DNA of 64,000 nucleotides from Escherichia coli (GTDB lineage Bacteria; Pseudomonadota; Gammaproteobacteria; Enterobacterales; Enterobacteriaceae): NCBI RefSeq assembly GCF_003019035.1, contig NZ_CP027447.1; one strand, 5' to 3'. Shown piece by piece: positions 58,612 to 64,000 of this stretch (position 1 is its first letter; each line of letters starts with the position of its first letter). The notes under the pieces were generated by a model. It saw only the letters and a program-made list of their open reading frames with translations, ran no database searches and was not told where the DNA came from. The position numbers and the translations under genes were made by a program.

Positions 58612-60513
58612 TCAGTTGATGAAAACAGAACCGCCCACGATGGTGATGCCATCCTTCGACAGCCTGATTACCGTCGATTCCCCGACCTGTAGCTGTATGC
58701 CATCCGGCGTCAGCGCAATTTTGCTTTCCTCCACGGCCAGCAAAATTTCCTTAATCGCCGTATAAGCCTGTATACCGTCGCCTTCGCCACCATTGTTTAC
58801 AGCGTCAACATGCACCGAACCGGCAATCGTGCCTCTGTCCTGAAAGACATCCTCAGATAAAGACCCTTTCAGTACTCCGGTGATCTTGTGGCCTTTTTCC
58901 ACCGTAAGAAGGCGGTTACCTTCCTGGATCGTGACCGTCTGGTCATTTTTTACGGTTTCGCGGTGATCGTGTTTTACGGTGGTGGTACGGTCGTTGAGCA
59001 CTTCGGTATCCATGTTCTTCTGCGCGTGGATGTAGACCTGTTCTCTCCCTGTCGCATCATCAAACTTCAGCTCATTAAATCCGCTGCCCATGTACGTTTT
59101 GGAGCGGATGGTCATCTGCGTCTTTGTTCCCGGCAGGCTGCCGGGGGTGCGGTTTTCCTGGTGGTAGGTGCGCCCCATAATGATCGGCTGGTCCGGATCG
59201 CCGTTGAGGAAGTCTACAATCACTTCCTGACCCACACGCGGTATCGCCAGGTGGCCAAAACCGGTGCCTGCCCACGCCTGTGCCACACGGATCCAGCACG
59301 AACTGTCTTGGTCTGCCGGGTTATAACGGTCCCAGTTGAACTTCACCCGCACGCGACCATGTTCGTCGCAGAAGATTTCCTCGCCTGCCGGTCCTGTCAC
59401 GACAGCGCTCTGCGGGCCGTCGACCAGCGGTTTCAGCAACGGCTGTGGTCGCCATGTTCTGTCTGCCGGGATCACCGCAAAATGGTTCTCCAGCGCCGTC
59501 CCCGCTCCCTGCCGTCCTGGCACCGCCTGTGGCTGTTCGCCGTGCAGTTCACTTGCCACCACCTGCCATTCCCGGTTCAGGTTCGCCTGCGGATGCCCCG
59601 TCAGCACAATTCGTCGTCCCGGCCATATCTCCGGCGAGCGACTCATTCCCCGCGCGGTTTCTGCATTGTTTCGCCAGCCGTCCATCTGCCAGCGGGCAAA
59701 GTTCTGCCCGTGGGCACCCTTGAAACGTCCGGGGTAGTCATACACTTCATACTGCGTGCGCTGGTAGTCCTGGTGCTGGCCTTCCTGTTCAAAACGTCCG
59801 GCCCAGCCGGGGCGTTTAAAGGTGTAGTCTTTGGTCACCACGGAAGAAGGGCGGATTTGTGCGCTGTAGCGGAACTGGCTGATGCAGAGGGTGCTCACCT
59901 CGGTACGGGTGTTCGGGTTCCATGGGATTTCAAAAGATTCGGGCAGATGGCGGACTGTGTCGCACAGCACCAGGCTCTGGTCGGTACTTTTGTAAGCATG
60001 CTCCTCATAAAAGAAGATGCCTTCCTCCGCCGCCATCCGGCACAGGAAATCGTAATCAGTCTCACCGTACTGGACACAAAACTCACGGGAAGGATGCGGC
60101 TCGCTGAACAGCGGACTCCATTCGGTCACCCCGTTTTCCTGCAACATCGTGCCGAGGATGCTTTTGATGTCCTCGTTCTGGAAGATACGGAAGTTCTGGC
60201 GCAGACCGGCACGCCACAGCGGCGGGTGCACCTTCATGCTGTACAGCATCTGGTTTTTGTCGTTCTCCCCCAGTTCAAACCAGGTCACCACGCCTTTCAC
60301 CCGGCGCTGTACTTCATCGCCCTGCCATATCGTCAGGTAGGCCATTTTGTCCAGCACCTGCGCAAATTCAAGGGAGAGAAACTGCTGGCTGACCAGGGAG
60401 AGATCGAGGGAAAAGAGCGAAGAGAGTGACTGGTTCAGATGAAAGGAAACCACCGCAAAAGCATCCGGCGGCAGGCCGTCCACTTCCAGTGTGAAACGTA
60501 ATCCGGTTGACAT
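58612..60513 (-). CDS. vgrG: Type VI secretion spike protein VgrG
   Basis: 633-aa ORF with gp27-like and gp5-like domains; SD GGAGG. Confidence 0.9.
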   Translation of the reverse strand: MSTGLRFTLEVDGLPPDAFAVVSFHLNQSLSSLFSLDLSLVSQQFLSLEFAQVLDKMAYLTIWQGDEVQRRVKGVVTWFELGENDKNQMLYSMKVHPPLWRAGLRQNFRIFQNEDIKSILGTMLQENGVTEWSPLFSEPHPSREFCVQYGETDYDFLCRMAAEEGIFFYEEHAYKSTDQSLVLCDTVRHLPESFEIPWNPNTRTEVSTLCISQFRYSAQIRPSSVVTKDYTFKRPGWAGRFEQEGQHQDYQRTQYEVYDYPGRFKGAHGQNFARWQMDGWRNNAETARGMSRSPEIWPGRRIVLTGHPQANLNREWQVVASELHGEQPQAVPGRQGAGTALENHFAVIPADRTWRPQPLLKPLVDGPQSAVVTGPAGEEIFCDEHGRVRVKFNWDRYNPADQDSSCWIRVAQAWAGTGFGHLAIPRVGQEVIVDFLNGDPDQPIIMGRTYHQENRTPGSLPGTKTQMTIRSKTYMGSGFNELKFDDATGREQVYIHAQKNMDTEVLNDRTTTVKHDHRETVKNDQTVTIQEGNRLLTVEKGHKITGVLKGSLSEDVFQDRGTIAGSVHVDAVNNGGEGDGIQAYTAIKEILLAVEESKIALTPDGIQLQVGESTVIRLSKDGITIVGGSVFIN

Positions 60514-61249
60514 AGCAACCTCCAGTAAAATGAATAATGATCCGTACCGTACAACTGCGGATAATGTGATAAGCGGGACGACTTCAGACGTTATTAGGGA
60601 AGGAACAGAAAATGCTATGGTTATGTGAGAATTTTGTTTAAATATTACTTTACAGAAACGGGTGTCTGTTCAGTCAAAAAAATAATCACAAGCTCAACCT
60701 CTTGTTTCTTGGCGTTATTCAGGACAGGTACGCATATCACAACGAGTAACAAAAACGCAAAGTTAAACCAATATTCATAATATATTTTTATTCACAGCAA
60801 TAAATAATCCAATTAACATTATTAAAATGAATGATTGCATAAGAAATATATGCTACCGCTCCACCCTGATAACATGATCTGCACATTGCACATCTTAACG
60901 TTGTTAAATACTGGCTCAATAGTGGATATTTTAAATTAGGAATTTATCAAATTCACTTGATAAATAGATTGAGTGAATAATATAACAATTAATGATGATT
61001 AATCGCGATTAAATTATTCATTGCTTTATATGATAGATGGCTTGTTTATAACGATGAAAATTTAGAAAGGGCATTGTGATCTACAATTGGAAGAAACACA
61101 GATTTAACTAAGTTTCATATACAAACATCTCGTGAAACTTTGAAAAATAAAAGCCTTCGATATTTCATATGTTTAATAAGTTTTTCTCTAATTTGTTGAT
61201 CAACAATACCAGGAGGTGATGCACCACGCCCTGAATTTGAACTTAATAA

Positions 61250-62698
61250 TCACTCTCTCTCCGGCAGCATAATCACAAACCTTGACCCCCGCGCATCTGA
61301 CGTTACTGCAACCGTGCCTTTATGCGCGACAACAATTGATTTCACTATCGCCAGCCCAATGCCGCTACCTTCGCCTTTTCGCTGGCGGGAAGGATCAACG
61401 CGGTAGAAACGGTCAAACAATCGCGGTAAGTGTTCGGGCGCAATGGGCGTACCGGGGTTTTCGACGGAAACTTGCACCTGGTGATCGACCGTCTGGCAGC
61501 GCACAACAATTGCCTCTCCGGGTGGCGTATAACGCAGGGCGTTCGAAAGCAGGTTGCTTAACGCCCGACGCAACATCAGCGGATCGCCCGCAACCTGACA
61601 CTCGTCACCAACAAACCGCAACTCCACGCCGCGATCTTCCGCTAACGCCTCGAAAAAATCGAACACTTTGCCGACTTCATCCGCCAGGTTGAGCATTTTC
61701 TTTTCGGGGATTAACTGGTTGTTATCGGCCTGAGCGAGAAACAGCATATCGCTGACCATTTTCGCCATTCGAGTCAGCTCTTCGAGATTAGAGTAGAGCA
61801 CATCTTCCAGCTCCTTCTGACTGCGCGACTGGCTGAGGGCGATTTCCGTTTGCGTTATGAGATTCGTAATCGGCGTGCGAATTTCGTGAGCGATATCCGC
61901 TGAGAAATTGGACTGGCGGGTAAAGACATCCTCGATACGCTCGATCATATGGTTGAACGACAGCACCAGTTGTTCGAGTTCAATGGGCACGGTCTGTGGA
62001 TCGAGGCGAACGTCGAGATCTTTCGAGGTAATGTTCTGGATTTGACGGCTGACGCTGCGAATTGGCGCGTGGCCTTTATGTACCGCCAGCAGCACGATAA
62101 AGACGATCAGGATGCTGATGATCGATGCGGTCATAATAAGTTTATTCATCAAATCATTTATGTAATGAAGATGAAAATCGATCGAAAGCGCGATGTAGAG
62201 CGTATAAATCGGTTTGCCGTCCACCAACGGGCCAACCGGCAAGTTAATCATCCGCCAGTTGCTGTGTTCCATATGCCCGTGACCGTGGCCTGGCATCATA
62301 ATCGTCGGGCCGGAAAGGAGATACACCTCGCCACCCTGAGCGTCTTTATCGGGTATGGCGTCACGCGTAAACTCGCGGATATCCGGCGCACCGGGGGAGT
62401 GATACACCGTTTTGCCGTGGCTATCTGCCAGGGAAATCAACACGTTGGAATAACCACTGACGATATCTTCCAGCGTCATTAAGCGTCGGGCTTGCGTCTC
62501 GTCAGGATGATTAAGTACCCGTTCAAGGGTGGCGCTAATTTCTTTTAAATCATTAATATCCTGCTCGGCAAAATGCACTTTCACTGAGTGGATCATGATC
62601 CATGCAAAGGCGAAAAACGCCGCGATGGTGGCCAGGCTGATAAAAAAGGTCAGACGGGTTGCCAGCGAAAACGGGCGCTGAAATGGCTTACTGACCAT
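61250..62698 (-). CDS. cusS: Copper/silver sensor histidine kinase CusS
   Basis: ORF track 61250..62710; start at [10 protein letters not shown]; two TM segments, HAMP, HisKA H-box ([10 protein letters not shown]) and ATPase domains. Confidence 0.9.
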
Positions 62699-63371
62699 CC
62701 GGCACCTCAAGCATATAGCCCACGCCGCGCACGGTCTGAATCAGCTTCGGCTCAAAGTCGTTGTCGATTTTGCCGCGTAGCCGCTTCACCGCCACATCAA
62801 TGGCGTTAGTGTCGCTGTCGAAATTCATGTCCCACACCTGCGAGGCGATAAGCGAGCGGGGCAGCACTTCACCCTGATGGCGGAGGAAAAACTCCAGCAA
62901 AGTAAATTCTTTACTGGTCAACGTGATGCGCGTGCCGCTACGGGTGACTTTGCGGCTGACGAGATCGACCATCAGATCGGCAACCTGAAACTGACTTTCG
63001 ATAATCACCGCCGCCCCGCGCCGCAGTAGAGTGCGCACCCGCGCCAGCAGTTCAGCAAAAGCGAACGGCTTAACCAGATAGTCATCCGCCCCCAACTCCA
63101 GCCCCTTGACGCGATGTTCAATGGTGCCAAGCGCGGTAAGCAACAGAATCGGCATCCCCTTATTGGCGGAACGCAACATGCGCACGATATCCCAGCCGTT
63201 CACGTCCGGCAGCATAATATCGAGGATTATCAGATCATAATCACCGGTCATCGCCAGATGGTAGCCATTCAGCCCGTTGTCGGCCAAATCGACCACAAAA
63301 CCGGCTTCGGTTAACCCTTTGGTCAAGTATTCTCCGGTTTTCTTTTCATCTTCGACAATCAACAGTTTCAT
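62688..63371 (-). CDS. cusR: OmpR-family response regulator CusR
   Basis: 227-aa ORF with receiver and winged-helix domains, overlapping cusS start. Confidence 0.9.
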
Positions 63372-63436
63372 ATTTCCTCCGCATGTTGCCCGGGCAATTC
63401 TAGAGTAGCGGGATCAGATGGCAATCGCTTATTGGC

Positions 63437-63458
63437 AAAATGACAATTTTGTCATTTT
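63437..63458. promoter_or_regulatory. CusR box (AAAATGACAA-N2-TTGTCATTTT) in the cusR-cusC divergent region
   Basis: Perfect palindrome aaaatgacaattttgtcatttt between the divergent genes. Confidence 0.6.
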
Positions 63459-63527
63459 CCTGTCACCGGAAAATCAGAGCCTGGCGAGTAAAGTTGGCGG
63501 CATAAAATCACCAGAAATTATGAGCCT

Positions 63528-64000
63528 ATGTCTCCTTGTAAACTTCTGCCATTTTGTGTGGCCCTTGCGCTAACCGGTTGTTCACTGGCACCGGATTATC
63601 AGCGTCCGGCAATGCCCGTGCCGCAGCAGTTCTCACTCAGCCAGAACGGCCTGGTTAACGCAGCAGATAACTACCAGAACGCGGGCTGGCGCACCTTTTT
63701 TGTTGATAATCAGGTGAAGACGCTGATTAGCGAGGCGTTGGTGAATAACCGGGATTTACGCATGGCGGCGCTGAAAGTGCAGGAGGCACGGGCGCAATAT
63801 CGTCTGACCGATGCCGACCGCTACCCACAGCTCAATGGCGAGGGCAGCGGCAGCTGGAGCGGTAATCTTAAAGGGAATACCGCCACGACACGGGAGTTTT
63901 CGACCGGCCTTAACGCCAGCTTTGACCTCGATTTTTTCGGGCGCTTAAAGAACATGAGCGAAGCCGAGCGTCAAAATTATTTAGCTACTGAGGAAGCTCA
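63528..64000 (+). CDS. cusC: Outer-membrane efflux lipoprotein CusC, 5' part (continues beyond window end)
   Basis: MSPCKLLPFCVALALTGCSLAPDYQRP with lipobox LTGC; no stop before the window end. Confidence 0.85.
   Translation, partial: MSPCKLLPFCVALALTGCSLAPDYQRPAMPVPQQFSLSQNGLVNAADNYQNAGWRTFFVDNQVKTLISEALVNNRDLRMAALKVQEARAQYRLTDADRYPQLNGEGSGSWSGNLKGNTATTREFSTGLNASFDLDFFGRLKNMSEAERQNYLATEEA

Noticed and set aside
61219-61272. 17-codon ORF ([17 protein letters not shown]) preceded by AGGAGG
   Set aside because: SD-to-ATG spacing is only 2 nt and the ORF is antisense to the last codons of cusS; most likely chance.

Overview
This window is an Escherichia coli chromosomal segment running from the 5' end of qmcA to the 5' part of cusC. 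Most of it is conserved core genome in K-12-like order (gene names are assigned from memory of K-12 proteins, not from a search): fetAB, cnoX(ybbN), ybbO, tesA, ybbA-ybbP, mnmH(selU), the complete allantoin/glyoxylate regulon (allS, allA, allR, gcl-hyi-glxR-ybbW-allB-ybbY-glxK, allE-allC-allD, fdrA-ylbE-ylbF-ybcF), purEK, lpxH, ppiB, cysS, ybcI, ybcJ, folD, the sfmACDHF fimbrial operon, fimZ, tRNA-Arg argU, an EnvY-like AraC regulator, ybcH-nfrA-nfrB and cusRS/cusC. Three accessory insertions break this backbone. (1) Between ybbP and mnmH, where I recall K-12 carrying the RhsD element, there is an IS621-like IS110-family element inserted in a REP sequence, with a structured 5' leader that has the hallmarks of a bridge RNA. 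Next to it lies a compact divergent pair: a 27-codon hydrophobic peptide gene with a strong Shine-Dalgarno, and a promoter-to-terminator non-coding transcript whose 5' end is complementary to the peptide gene's upstream region. This looks like a TisB/IstR- or ZorO/OrzO-type type I toxin-antitoxin locus and is my top candidate for the undescribed system, though I cannot rule out that it is an already described zor-orz-like locus. (2) argU is followed directly by the AraC regulator, with no prophage at this classic integration site. (3) Between nfrB and cusS there is an orphan T6SS effector island: vgrG, a DUF1795/EagR-like chaperone, a prePAAR Rhs effector with an unrecognised C-terminal toxin domain, a small AT-rich putative immunity gene, an orphan Rhs C-terminal fragment cut short by an ISAs1-family (H-repeat) element, and a 736-bp AT-rich ORF-free leader. 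No CRISPR array or rRNA was seen. Start codons were adjusted by eye where the ORF track over-extends.
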